From assembly GCA_016183365.1 (NCBI GenBank), contig JACPES010000003.1, forward strand, positions 345,154-409,153: DNA of 64,000 nt, written 5' to 3'. Of the stretch, positions 1 through 8,950 are shown one piece after another. The translations under genes and the position numbers were made by a program. The notes below the pieces were generated by a model. That model was not told the DNA's origin. It ran no database searches and saw nothing but the letters and a program-made list of their open reading frames with translations. Numbering within the stretch: position 1 is the first letter of the stretch; each line of letters starts with the position of its first letter. Source of the stretch: Candidatus Collierbacteria bacterium (GTDB lineage Bacteria > Patescibacteriota > Microgenomatia > UBA1400 > JACPES01).

Positions 1-1291
1 CATCTCCCCTTGGCATTTGCAATTTTCCCGCATTGCCTTTGAGGCAAACATCGGGCTGCTCTTCTTTGTCGCCGGGATGTGGTTATTGATTAGAGCGTTA
101 GATCAGAATTCGCTATGGTCAATGTTTTTTTCTGTTGTTTTCATGAGTGCGGCGATGATGTCATATCACAGCTTAAGGGTGGTGGCACCGTTGCTAGTGT
201 TTGTAACATTGTGGATTTACAGAATGGAATTTTTGTCTCTATTAAGGTGTAACCTTGCAGAAGCAAAGTTACACCTTTTTAGGAGATCAACTCTACCGCT
301 AATTTTGTCAGCCTTTTTAGCCATTCTAACCATTCTAACCATTTCATATACCATCTTTTTCCAAAAGGTAGGCCAATCCAGATTTGAGAAAACCAGTTTT
401 CTGACTATAGATAATCTGTTAACCGTTAGTCGGGATAGGTTGGAAAAATACGGCAGAAATCCGCTGGATAAAATAATCAATTTAAAATATCTTGTTTATG
501 GCAAACAATACATTAAAGGATATTTGGATCATTTTGATTTAAGATTTTGGTTTTTGAATGGTGATAGGATTGATCGCCATCGGGCCACAAGCGTTGGGCT
601 TTTATATTGGTGGGAATTGCCGTTATTGGTCATGGGTCTGATTTTTATTTTGAAGAGGTCCTTCGACTCCGCTCAGGACAGAAAATCAGCTAGAGCGCTG
701 ATTTTTTGGTTTCTTCTTGCCCCCGCCGCGTCCGCTTTGACCGGAGGGACTCCGTCGGCGGTGAGAAGTTTGCTTTTTTTGCCGACTTTCCAGATTTTTG
801 AAGGGATCGGATTAATTTGGTTAATTGGTCGAATTCGTCAAATTGGCCAAATTAAGCGAATTTGGCCGTTGCTTTTTGCTTTTTGTTTTTTGCTCTTCGC
901 TTCTTTTGAAATTGGTCATTACTTCCATCAATATTATGTTCATTCTCCATTAGAATACGCCCCCGCCTGGCAATACGGTTATAAGCAGATGGTGGAAAGA
1001 GCAATGGCGGAAAAAAATGATTATGAAAAAATTGTGGTGACAACTTCTTATGACCAGCCATATATTTATTTTTTATGGTACGGGAATTATGATCCTAAAA
1101 TTTGGGTGAACGATGGCGAATTTAACAAGTTTTTTGACAAATTCGAATTCAGAAAAATTGAGTGGGACCAATTTTCTGATCAACAGAGAATTCTGGTCAT
1201 CTCATCTTCGGATGAGACTAAAGGTAAACCGATAAAATGGCAAATTAATTATCCTGACGGAAAAACAGCATTTAATGCTACAGAATTATGA
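1..1291 (+). CDS. Polytopic membrane protein, C-terminal part (gene starts upstream of window); probable GT-C-type glycosyltransferase with soluble C-terminal domain
   Basis: ORF open from window edge; multiple hydrophobic helices followed by hydrophilic C-terminal domain (YGKQYIKGYLDHFDLRFWFLNGD...); context of GT-C cluster. Confidence 0.4.
   Translation, partial: ISPWHLQFSRIAFEANIGLLFFVAGMWLLIRALDQNSLWSMFFSVVFMSAAMMSYHSLRVVAPLLVFVTLWIYRMEFLSLLRCNLAEAKLHLFRRSTLPLILSAFLAILTILTISYTIFFQKVGQSRFEKTSFLTIDNLLTVSRDRLEKYGRNPLDKIINLKYLVYGKQYIKGYLDHFDLRFWFLNGDRIDRHRATSVGLLYWWELPLLVMGLIFILKRSFDSAQDRKSARALIFWFLLAPAASALTGGTPSAVRSLLFLPTFQIFEGIGLIWLIGRIRQIGQIKRIWPLLFAFCFLLFASFEIGHYFHQYYVHSPLEYAPAWQYGYKQMVERAMAEKNDYEKIVVTTSYDQPYIYFLWYGNYDPKIWVNDGEFNKFFDKFEFRKIEWDQFSDQQRILVISSSDETKGKPIKWQINYPDGKTAFNATEL
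321..347. repeat. 9-nt tandem repeat ccattctaa x3 (in-frame, encodes ILTILTIS)
   Basis: Direct reading. Confidence 0.8.
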
Positions 1292-1320
1292 AAATCATGA
1301 AAGCATTAAAACAAAATGCT

Positions 1321-1350
1321 CTAATGCTCCAATGTTCTAATGCTCTAATG
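1321..1350. repeat. 8-nt tandem repeat (ctaatgct / ccaatgtt) x~3.7 ending in the preferred ATG start 1348
   Basis: ctaatgct ccaatgtt ctaatgct ctaatg. Confidence 0.75.
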
Positions 1351-3123
1351 AAAAAGCCTATCTTCATATCAATTCTGATAATTTTGATCTTTAGTTTATT
1401 TGGTGCAAAAGCCTTATTTCATTCCGGCTTTTATACCAGTCATGACGGAGAACATCAGTTGGTCAGGCAATATGCGTTTGAGCAAGGGCTAAAAGACCGG
1501 CAAATTCCGGTTAGGTTTAGCCGCCAGCTGTACAACGGATACGGCTATCCATTATTTTTCTTTACTTATCGTTTGCCCTTTTACGCCGGAGAAGTATTTC
1601 GGCTGGCAGGGTTATCTTTTCAGGATAGCATCAAAACGGTATTCTTTGTGGCTTACATATTTTCCGGTCTGGCAATGTTTTGGTTTGCGCGGCGATGGGG
1701 AAATTTGGCCGGCCTGACTGCGGCAATTTTGTATATGTGGGTACCATATAGATTTTCAGTGATGTTTGTTAGGGCGGCTCTGGGAGAACATGCAGCGGCG
1801 ATATTTGTACCGTTATTGTTTGGGAGTATATCTAGCGGCAGGAAAATTAAGATTAATGTTTTAGCTGGGACAGTGGCGATTGTCGGTTTGTTTTTATCTC
1901 ACGCCATGATGGCGCAAATAGTTTTGTTAGCGTTTATTCCCTGGATAGTGACACATTTCTTTATAAATCGATGGAAAATGTCATTGCGAGCGACCAAAGG
2001 AAGCGCGGCAATCTCGTCTTTAGATTCAGATTGCCACGTCGCCAGAGCTCCTCGCAATGACGAAAGTGAGTATGCAAATAATTCGATAATTTTTATCTTA
2101 AAAACAATCTTCATGTTTATTTTAGGGGTGGGACTGGCGGCGTATTATTTGATTCCGGCGGCGGCCTATCGAGGGTTAACCCAGAAACTTAATCCTAATT
2201 ATTTTGCCGACCATTTTGTAACTTTAAAGCAGCTTATTTATTCTCCATGGGGATACGCGTTTTCCATGAAAGGAGTGGAGAGTGACGGAATGTCATTTCA
2301 GGTAGGGATGGCGCAATGGATTGTTGTCGGGCTGGTAATTATATTGGTTGCTATTTTTCTTCTAAAAAGGAGTCTCCTTTTTGCAAGGGAAAGATATATA
2401 TTGATAGAGTCAATATCGCTTTTGGTAATTTTTTTTCTTTCCATTTTCTTAATGACCGAAAAGTCGACTCAGATTTGGAACTGGTGGAAAAATTATATAA
2501 ATATTGATATGCCGTGGAGATTTTTGTTGATAACTACTTTTTCTGCCAGCGCTCTGGCCGGGATAGTTATAAAAGGCCTGGCCTTGTCCTGCAAGGCCAG
2601 GCCTTTATTGGCTATAATTTTAGTAGGTTTAGCCATCTATACCAATCGGAATCACCTACGGGTTAACGAATATCTTAATTATCCAGATAGCAAATTGGTG
2701 GAATATCGGGGGACAAGCAATAGCGACAACGAGTACCGGCCAAAGTGGGATGACGGAGGAATTGCTAATACGTTTAAGCCGGAGGCGTTGATCTCTAAAG
2801 GTAGTGGCGAATTGACGGTTATTAGGAGTAAATCTAATTTATTGGAATTGGCAGTCAGGGCGGACGAGGATATCAGGGTTGATATTAATACTCTTTATTT
2901 CCCGGGTTGGAAAGTTTTTGTAGATGGCAGAGAGATTAACTTTAAATACGCCGGAGAAAAAGGAATAATAAGAATTGATTTAGGAAATGGGTATCATATG
3001 GTGGAAGCTAAATTTAGTGAACCAACTGCTGCCATGATCGGAGATTTGGTTAGCATTGGAAGTTTGATAGCTTTGATAAGTGTTATTAAAACATTAAAAC
3101 ACGAGAGCACTAAAACAATTTGA
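1348..3123 (+). CDS. Large polytopic membrane protein, YfhO/PTPS-related-like putative GT-C glycosyltransferase (alternative in-frame start at 1288)
   Basis: N-terminal signal-anchor MKKPIFISILIILIF; HDGEHQLVRQ motif in first loop; >10 predicted TM segments; C-terminal soluble domain; carries in-frame palindromic insertions (1980-2061, 2572-2606). Confidence 0.4.
   Translation: MKKPIFISILIILIFSLFGAKALFHSGFYTSHDGEHQLVRQYAFEQGLKDRQIPVRFSRQLYNGYGYPLFFFTYRLPFYAGEVFRLAGLSFQDSIKTVFFVAYIFSGLAMFWFARRWGNLAGLTAAILYMWVPYRFSVMFVRAALGEHAAAIFVPLLFGSISSGRKIKINVLAGTVAIVGLFLSHAMMAQIVLLAFIPWIVTHFFINRWKMSLRATKGSAAISSLDSDCHVARAPRNDESEYANNSIIFILKTIFMFILGVGLAAYYLIPAAAYRGLTQKLNPNYFADHFVTLKQLIYSPWGYAFSMKGVESDGMSFQVGMAQWIVVGLVIILVAIFLLKRSLLFARERYILIESISLLVIFFLSIFLMTEKSTQIWNWWKNYINIDMPWRFLLITTFSASALAGIVIKGLALSCKARPLLAIILVGLAIYTNRNHLRVNEYLNYPDSKLVEYRGTSNSDNEYRPKWDDGGIANTFKPEALISKGSGELTVIRSKSNLLELAVRADEDIRVDINTLYFPGWKVFVDGREINFKYAGEKGIIRIDLGNGYHMVEAKFSEPTAAMIGDLVSIGSLIALISVIKTLKHESTKTI
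1980..2061. repeat. MITE-like palindromic element type 1 (gtcattgcgag ... ctcgcaatgac with inner ggcaatct/agattgcc stem), inserted in CDS
   Basis: Terminal 11-nt inverted repeats plus nested inner inverted repeat; encodes ...SLDSDCHVARAPRNDE within membrane-protein ORF. Confidence 0.7.
2572..2606. repeat. 35-nt palindrome aaaggcctggccttg-tcctg-caaggccaggccttt inside CDS (family shared with 20741 and 20855)
   Basis: 15-nt perfectly complementary arms; encodes KGLALSCKARPL. Confidence 0.85.
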
Positions 3124-3127
3124 TTTA

Positions 3128-3916
3128 ATGCTTGAATGTTTTCATGATTTTATGAATAAACCTAAAGTCATCATCGTCATGCCGGCTTATAATGCCGCCA
3201 AAACTATCGCTAAAACCATTGGCGATATACCAAAAGGATTGGTAAGCGAAATAATCGTGGTTGACGATCATTCAACGGATGATACTGTAAAAGTAGCCAG
3301 AAAACTTGGTTTAACGGTGTTTGAACATCCAAATAATCTTGGTTATGGCGGCAATCAAAAAACCTGTTATTGGGAGGCGTTAAAAAGAAATCCCGATGTG
3401 GTGGTTATGCTCCATCCGGACTATCAATATGATTCCAGCTTATTATCGGATTTAGTTACTCCGATTATAAATAACAAATACGATTTTATGTTTGGCAACA
3501 GAATTCATTCCCGTCAGGAGGCTTTTGATGGTGGTATGCCAAAAAGGAAATATTTCTTTAACAGGTTATTTACTATTTTGGCTAACACGGTTTTGGGCTT
3601 GAACCATCCGGAATACTTATCCGGTTTGCGGGCTTATTCCATAAAGTCTTTGAAACTGGTGCCGTTCCAGAGGTTTTCCAACGATTTTGCCTTTGACCAG
3701 CAATTTATGTTTTCAGCGGTCAGTTTCGGTTTGAGAATCGGCAGTATTCCGATTCCCACCCGTTATTATAATGATTCTTCTTCAATCCAATGGTGGCCCG
3801 GAGTCAAATTCGGTTTGGAGAGCCTGTGGGTGTTATTTAGATTGTTCCTGCATCAAAATGGTATATTTAAATCCGAATGGTTCCGTCATTCCGGCATCCG
3901 TCATTCCCCGACTTGA
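3128..3916 (+). CDS. Glycosyltransferase family 2 (polyprenol-phosphate sugar synthase-like)
   Basis: VIIVMPAYNAAKTI...IIVVDDHSTDDT GT2 signature; C-terminal 12 aa (WFRHSGIRHSPT) encoded by a palindromic repeat element. Confidence 0.7.
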   Translation: MLECFHDFMNKPKVIIVMPAYNAAKTIAKTIGDIPKGLVSEIIVVDDHSTDDTVKVARKLGLTVFEHPNNLGYGGNQKTCYWEALKRNPDVVVMLHPDYQYDSSLLSDLVTPIINNKYDFMFGNRIHSRQEAFDGGMPKRKYFFNRLFTILANTVLGLNHPEYLSGLRAYSIKSLKLVPFQRFSNDFAFDQQFMFSAVSFGLRIGSIPIPTRYYNDSSSIQWWPGVKFGLESLWVLFRLFLHQNGIFKSEWFRHSGIRHSPT

Positions 3917-3926
3917 ACGGGGAATC
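3872..3926. repeat. Palindromic element type 2 (cgtcattcc duplicated; hairpin attccccg-acttgaa-cggggaat) overlapping 3' end of GT2 gene
   Basis: gtcattccggcatccgtcattccccgacttgaacggggaatc. Confidence 0.65.
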
Positions 3927-4011
3927 TATAAAGATGATTTGTATGGGTTTCATCTCGAGGCAGGAATGACATTATTTATTTCTTTGGAAATTGCTACAAT
4001 ACAAACTATCT

Positions 4012-4692
4012 ATGGCTGAACCGATAGCTTTGGAAGGTAAGGTGACGGCTTCTATCCGCGAGTTGAGATTTTCTTTTGCCGGAGTGGTTGAGAGTATTTC
4101 CGTGGAAACCGGGAAAATCGTAGGCGCGGGGACGATAATGGCTCGGTTGAAAACAAGTGAATTGGGAAAGAAGCACCAGCTAAAGTTGGAAGCGTATAAT
4201 AAAATACGCGCTACCTTTGAGCAACTGAAGAAGAAGCTGGATGACAATGACGATCCCGATAAAAAATATCTGATGGATCGGGCCCAAGCCGACCTTAACT
4301 CCAGCGTTTTAGAAGTGGAACTTTCCCAATTGGAGCTTGACTCGGCGGAATTGAAGTGTCCTTTTAACGGCTTGGTGATTGATGATGGCGGAATAGCGGC
4401 GAGGATGGCAATTTCTCCGGCATCTTTTCCAATTAAAGTTATCGATTTTTCAACTTTAAAAGTGATGGCAGAGATTGATCAGGACAAAATGCCCTTGATC
4501 AAAACCGAAAATTATATAGAATTCAAGCCGATTGCGATTCCTGGTAAAGTTTATAAAGGCAGAGTTTTAGGCTTTACTCCGACTTCGGTAGAAGGTAAAT
4601 CCGACAAGTTCGGGCTGTGGTGCATCTTAGAAAAAACCGAGAGTCTTCTGTCGGGAATGAAGGGAAGCTTAAAAGTTTTCCAGGACAGATGA
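4012..4692 (+). CDS. HlyD/membrane-fusion-protein-like domain protein (orphan periplasmic-adaptor-like, no N-terminal TM)
   Basis: Pattern typical of RND/ABC adaptor lipoyl + beta-barrel domains (LKCPFNGLVID ... IDFSTLKVMAEIDQDKMPLIK...AIPGKVYKGRVLGFTP); no transporter partner nearby. Confidence 0.35.
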   Translation: MAEPIALEGKVTASIRELRFSFAGVVESISVETGKIVGAGTIMARLKTSELGKKHQLKLEAYNKIRATFEQLKKKLDDNDDPDKKYLMDRAQADLNSSVLEVELSQLELDSAELKCPFNGLVIDDGGIAARMAISPASFPIKVIDFSTLKVMAEIDQDKMPLIKTENYIEFKPIAIPGKVYKGRVLGFTPTSVEGKSDKFGLWCILEKTESLLSGMKGSLKVFQDR

Positions 4693-5729
4693 AAATAGTA
4701 ATTAATACTTCATTTTTAAATTCGGAGCATAAAACCCGCGGCATCGGCAGATATACCAAGAAATTGGTTGAAAGTCTTAGGGCTCTGGGATCAGATCATA
4801 AGATACTTTTAACCAGTAAGGTTGAGCTGGTTAAAAGTCCGGATGTGATTCATTATCCGAATTTTGATTTGTTCCGCAAGTCGTTGCCCATATTCCCTTT
4901 GGCGCCGGTTGAGATAATTACTATTCATGATTTGACACCATTAAGGATGAAAGATTTTTTCAAACCGGGGTTAAGAAGCGGCTTAGCCCTGTGGATCCAA
5001 TCAATTTTGGTCAAAAGAATGAAAGCGGTCATCACCGATTCAGAACATTCAAAATCCGACATAATTGAATTTTTGTCAATCCCTCCGGAAAAAATTAATG
5101 TTATTCCTTTGGGCGTGGATAAAGATTTTAATCCGGTAACTATTCAGAAAATAAAATCCGTCCAAAAAATATATTCCTTGCCGGAAAAATATTTATTGTA
5201 TGTCGGAGACGTCAATCCCAATAAAAATTTACCGGTTTTGTTAAGAGTGGTGGCCAAGTTAAAAATTCATTTGGTGATTGTTAGCCGGGCATTTGAGAAA
5301 AATTCGCTCCCGGAAATTATCAGTTTGCGTCAAATGATTTTAGACCTCGGAATAAGTCATTTGGTTAAAGTTCTGCCATCGGTCCAAATGGATCCAGCTG
5401 ACGACTTGGCCGCGATTTATTCCGGGGCTCTTGTTTATGTTCAACCCAGTCTTTACGAAGGGTTTGGTTTGCCGGTTTTGGAGGCTATGGCTTGCGGAGT
5501 GTCGGTGGTTTCATCCAATACCTCGTCTTTGCCGGAAGTTACGGGTGACGCCGCTTGGTTGGTTAAACCGACGGAGATTAATTTGGCGGAAGGAATTAAA
5601 AAATTATTGTCGGACAGTGATTTAAGGCGGAAGCTGATTCAAAAGGGTTTGGCCAGAGTGAAAAAGTTTGATTGGGGAAAAACTGCCGCCCTAACTTTAA
5701 AAGTTTATGAAAAAGCTGTTCAGCTCTGA
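4689..5729 (+). CDS. Glycosyltransferase family 4 (GT-B, retaining)
   Basis: EGFGLPVLEAMACGVSVVSSNTSSLPEV C-terminal GT4 motif; ATGA overlap with upstream gene. Confidence 0.75.
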   Translation: MKIVINTSFLNSEHKTRGIGRYTKKLVESLRALGSDHKILLTSKVELVKSPDVIHYPNFDLFRKSLPIFPLAPVEIITIHDLTPLRMKDFFKPGLRSGLALWIQSILVKRMKAVITDSEHSKSDIIEFLSIPPEKINVIPLGVDKDFNPVTIQKIKSVQKIYSLPEKYLLYVGDVNPNKNLPVLLRVVAKLKIHLVIVSRAFEKNSLPEIISLRQMILDLGISHLVKVLPSVQMDPADDLAAIYSGALVYVQPSLYEGFGLPVLEAMACGVSVVSSNTSSLPEVTGDAAWLVKPTEINLAEGIKKLLSDSDLRRKLIQKGLARVKKFDWGKTAALTLKVYEKAVQL

Positions 5730-6882
5730 AATATTGAAAGTTTTAAGAATCACTTTTTGGTGGAGAATCGGCCTGTTTTTATTAGGGTTGATTTCCACCA
5801 GCCTGATAGGATTTTTGTTTCCATATCCTAACTTTCAAAAATTAATCGAATTGGGAAACGGGATTCCCTCGATTTGGGCCTGGGGCGGATTTGACGGAAT
5901 CCATTATTTGACTATTGCCGAATCAGGATACGTGGCAGATTTTACCCAAGCCTTTTTTCCGCTTTTTCCGTGGATAATCGGATTAGTCGGAAAATATCTA
6001 TCATTGAATTCACTTTATAGCGCCTTGTTGGTGGGAAATTTGTCTCTATTGATCGCAGTCTGTTTGTTTTGGCGCTTATTGCGGATTGATTTTAAAAGCG
6101 ATCAGTCAAGGCAAATAATCTTAAGTTTATTGCTTTTCCCGACCGCGTTTTTTTTGGGAGCGATTTACGGAGAAGCGTTTTTCTTGTGTTTAGTGTTTGG
6201 CAGTTTCTTGGCGGCCAGAAGAAAAAAATGGTTGTTAGCCGGAGTTTTGGGAGCAATGGCCGCTGCTACCCGTTTGGTGGGAATATTCCTACTGCTGGCT
6301 TTGGCGGTTGAATATTGGTTGCAGTTAAAAGAGTCTAGGCTTTTTGTCAAACCCAGCAAGTCTTCCATGATCGTTCCGCTTCTGTCTATTTGTATGGTTT
6401 CTCTAGGGCTGATCGCCTACATGGTTTATTTAAATCAACATTTTAACGACCCGTTAAAATTTATCCATTCTCAACCAGCTTTCGGGGCCAGCCGGTCTGA
6501 TAAAATTGTCCTTCTTTATCAGGTGTTTTGGCGTTACTTGAAGATGTCCGTTACGGTTAGTTTTTTTTCCGTGCTTTATTACCGAGTGATGTTGGAATTG
6601 TTTTCCGCCGCCACATTTTTGATCTTGGGCTTGATAGGCTTGAAAAAAACCCGTTTGTCATATTCTGTTTTTGGGCTCTTATCTTTCCTGGCTCCGACTT
6701 TAACCGGAACTTTCTCCAGTATGCCCAGATATATTTTGGTGATGTTTTCGGTATTTATCATAATCGGAAGTTGGCTCAATGGTGAGAAACGCCAAGGGTT
6801 GAGGTGGATTTATTATTCTATAAGTTCAGTATTACTGATCGTCAGCACAGTGTTGTTTTTGTCGGGAAGATTTTTGGCTTGA
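5707..6882 (+). CDS. PIG-V-like mannosyltransferase family polytopic membrane protein (GT-C)
   Basis: First-loop motif GFDGIHYLTIAESGY resembling WD..HFL.IAEHGY of PIG-V/GPI-MT-II; ~10 TM helices; paralog at 22535. Confidence 0.5.
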   Translation: MKKLFSSEILKVLRITFWWRIGLFLLGLISTSLIGFLFPYPNFQKLIELGNGIPSIWAWGGFDGIHYLTIAESGYVADFTQAFFPLFPWIIGLVGKYLSLNSLYSALLVGNLSLLIAVCLFWRLLRIDFKSDQSRQIILSLLLFPTAFFLGAIYGEAFFLCLVFGSFLAARRKKWLLAGVLGAMAAATRLVGIFLLLALAVEYWLQLKESRLFVKPSKSSMIVPLLSICMVSLGLIAYMVYLNQHFNDPLKFIHSQPAFGASRSDKIVLLYQVFWRYLKMSVTVSFFSVLYYRVMLELFSAATFLILGLIGLKKTRLSYSVFGLLSFLAPTLTGTFSSMPRYILVMFSVFIIIGSWLNGEKRQGLRWIYYSISSVLLIVSTVLFLSGRFLA

Positions 6883-6898
6883 GTCTATAATATTCTTT

Positions 6899-7831
6899 AT
6901 GAAAATTTTAGTCACCGGCGGAGCCGGATTTATTGCCAGTCATGTCATCGATGCCTATATATCGAAGGGTCACGAAGTCATAATAATTGACGATTTGTCA
7001 ACCGGGGTTAAAGAAAATATTAATCCCTTAGCTCGATTTTTTGAAGGCAGTATTGCTGATGAAGAATTTGTCGAGTCGGTGATATCTTCTCAAAAACCTG
7101 AAGTCTTAAATCATCACGCGGCCCATATCAATGTCGGAAAATCGGTGGACGATCCTAAATTTGACGCCGCAATTAATATTTTGGGAACGATCAACTTAAT
7201 GCAATCGTTGGTAAAATATAAGTCGCTGAAAAAAGTTATTTTTGCCTCCACCGGCGGGGCGATGTACGGGAATAAACCGACTCCGTTTAATGAAGAAATG
7301 ATGTCGGCCCCTTTGTCGCCATATGGAGTTTCAAAAAGGTCGGCGGAACTTTATCTCGGGTTTTATCACGCCCAATACGGCATTCCGTTTGTGGCTTTAA
7401 GATACGCCAACGTCTATGGTCCCAGGCAAAATCCCAATGGAGAAGCAGGAGTGGTTTCTATATTTTCTAAAAAAATATTGGAAAGGAAGCAGCCGGTGAT
7501 AAACGGCGATGGTTCACAGACCCGAGATTATGTTTTTGTGGAAGATGTAGTTGAAGCCAATGTTTTGGCCTTAGAAACGTCGGAGGTCGGGGTTTTTAAC
7601 ATTGGAACTTCTATCGAGACCGACGTCAATTCAATTTTCGAATTGGTCGGTAACAATTTTGGGGCGGATTGGAAGCAGGTTCATGGTCCATCGAGGGCGG
7701 GCGAACAAATTACCAGCAGTTTATCTTTCAAAAAAGCCAAGCAAATCTTGAACTGGCAGCCCAAAATTAAATTGGAAGACGGAATTAAAAAAACCGTTGA
7801 ATGGTTTAAGTCGCATCAGGAGAGGATCTAA
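6899..7831 (+). CDS. NAD-dependent nucleotide-sugar epimerase/dehydratase (GalE-like SDR)
   Basis: MKILVTGGAGFIASHV Rossmann GxxGxxG; YxxxK region (PYGVSKRSAE); 310 aa. Confidence 0.75.
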   Translation: MKILVTGGAGFIASHVIDAYISKGHEVIIIDDLSTGVKENINPLARFFEGSIADEEFVESVISSQKPEVLNHHAAHINVGKSVDDPKFDAAINILGTINLMQSLVKYKSLKKVIFASTGGAMYGNKPTPFNEEMMSAPLSPYGVSKRSAELYLGFYHAQYGIPFVALRYANVYGPRQNPNGEAGVVSIFSKKILERKQPVINGDGSQTRDYVFVEDVVEANVLALETSEVGVFNIGTSIETDVNSIFELVGNNFGADWKQVHGPSRAGEQITSSLSFKKAKQILNWQPKIKLEDGIKKTVEWFKSHQERI

Positions 7832-7832
7832 T

Positions 7833-7856
7833 GTAAAATGATTTAAATCATTTTAC
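7833..7856. repeat. 24-nt perfect palindrome gtaaaatgatttaaatcattttac two nt after stop codon of epimerase gene
   Basis: Direct reading; AT-rich 12-bp stem, no U-tract. Confidence 0.8.
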
Positions 7857-7868
7857 AAAACAATAATA

Positions 7869-8555
7869 ATGATGGGTCCCAGAAAACTTCTCGTGATCAT
7901 CCCTGCTTTTAATGAAGAAAAGGTTATTGCGGACACTATCAAGGGCGTGATCGACAATGTCAAAGTGGTAAAAATTTTGGTTGTTAACGACGGCTCAAAT
8001 GATAAGACAGGATATGAAGCCAAAAAAGCCGGGGCAATCGTTGTTTCTCATCCGATTAACCGGGGTTTGGGAGGCGCTTTGGGGACCGGACTTTATTGGG
8101 CTAAAGAACGGGACGTAGACTATGCAGTAACTTTTGACGCCGACGGCCAACATGATCCCATTGATATTTTAAAAGTGCTGGAGCCGATTATAAGCAGAAA
8201 GGCAGACGCAGTTATCGGAACCAGGACAAAACTAGGTTGGAGCGAAATCCCATGGGATCGAAAAATAGTTTTGACTTTAAGCAATTGGTTGACCTGGTGG
8301 CTATTCGGAATTAAAACCACAGATTCCACCTCCGGTTTACGGGCTTTTAATCGTCGGGCGATTGAAATGATTCAGATAAAAACCGATCAAATGGAAGTCA
8401 GCAACGAGTTTTTTTATGAGATTAAGCGGTGTAAATTAAGATTGAAAGAAATTCCGATTAAAGTTATGTATACAACATATTCCAGATCAAAAGGCCAGAA
8501 AAATAGCAATGCTTTCAGCGTCGGTGTAAAATTGTTGTTGAGGTTATTCAGATGA
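7869..8555 (+). CDS. Glycosyltransferase family 2 (Dpm1/GtrB-like polyprenol-phosphate glycosyltransferase)
   Basis: LLVIIPAFNEEKVIADTI...VVNDGSNDKT; DAD motif (FDADGQHD); followed by DUF2304-like small membrane protein as is typical. Confidence 0.7.
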   Translation: MMGPRKLLVIIPAFNEEKVIADTIKGVIDNVKVVKILVVNDGSNDKTGYEAKKAGAIVVSHPINRGLGGALGTGLYWAKERDVDYAVTFDADGQHDPIDILKVLEPIISRKADAVIGTRTKLGWSEIPWDRKIVLTLSNWLTWWLFGIKTTDSTSGLRAFNRRAIEMIQIKTDQMEVSNEFFYEIKRCKLRLKEIPIKVMYTTYSRSKGQKNSNAFSVGVKLLLRLFR

Positions 8556-8609
8556 CGCTTGGCGTCATTTCGAGCGAGTCCGGTTTATCATAAGGCGAGT
8601 CGAGAAATC
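8551..8609. repeat. Intergenic palindromic element (gatgacgc-ttg-gcgtcat hairpin followed by catttcgagcgagtc ... gcgagtcgagaaatc)
   Basis: Related to gtcatt(c/t)c-type elements; between GT2 and DUF2304 genes. Confidence 0.5.
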
Positions 8610-8614
8610 TAGTT

Positions 8615-8950
8615 ATGAATTTTATTACTTTTCCGTTACAGCTTATCGCCATAGCATTTTTAATTTTTGCTTTTTCTAGGGTATGGTTAAGAACCAGAGA
8701 GGGTTCAATCGGATGGGGGATGTTCTTGTTTTGGATATTGGTTTGGATGTTGGTTTTAATAGCGGTCATCAAACCGGAGCTGATGACTCAATTGGCTAAA
8801 AGATTGGGGATAGGCCGGGGAGTTGACGTTGCCCTATATATTTCTATCGTCCTGTTGTTTTACCTGAATTTCAGAAGCAACGTTATGATTGAGAATTTGC
8901 GCCATGAGATCACCAGATTAACCCGAATTATCGCATTAGACCAGAAGTGA
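8615..8950 (+). CDS. DUF2304-like small two-TM membrane protein (GT2 partner)
   Basis: 111 aa; two hydrophobic helices then LAKRLGIGRGVDVALYISIVLLFYLNF...ENLRHEITRLTRIIAL, matching recalled DUF2304 pattern; immediately downstream of GtrB-like GT2. Confidence 0.5.
   Translation: MNFITFPLQLIAIAFLIFAFSRVWLRTREGSIGWGMFLFWILVWMLVLIAVIKPELMTQLAKRLGIGRGVDVALYISIVLLFYLNFRSNVMIENLRHEITRLTRIIALDQK

Noticed and set aside
217-1061. Minus-strand ORFs 217..480 and 852..1061 and many similar 60-130 aa antisense ORFs in the track (e.g. 6165..6368, 12594..12884, 22184..22498, 30267..30653, 35627..35905, 50133..50699, 53144..53548, 55251..55820, 57586..57875)
   Set aside because: All lie fully inside well-supported sense-strand genes with recognisable domains, have no motif of their own, and have low-complexity or GC-driven compositions. 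They were treated as spurious frames.
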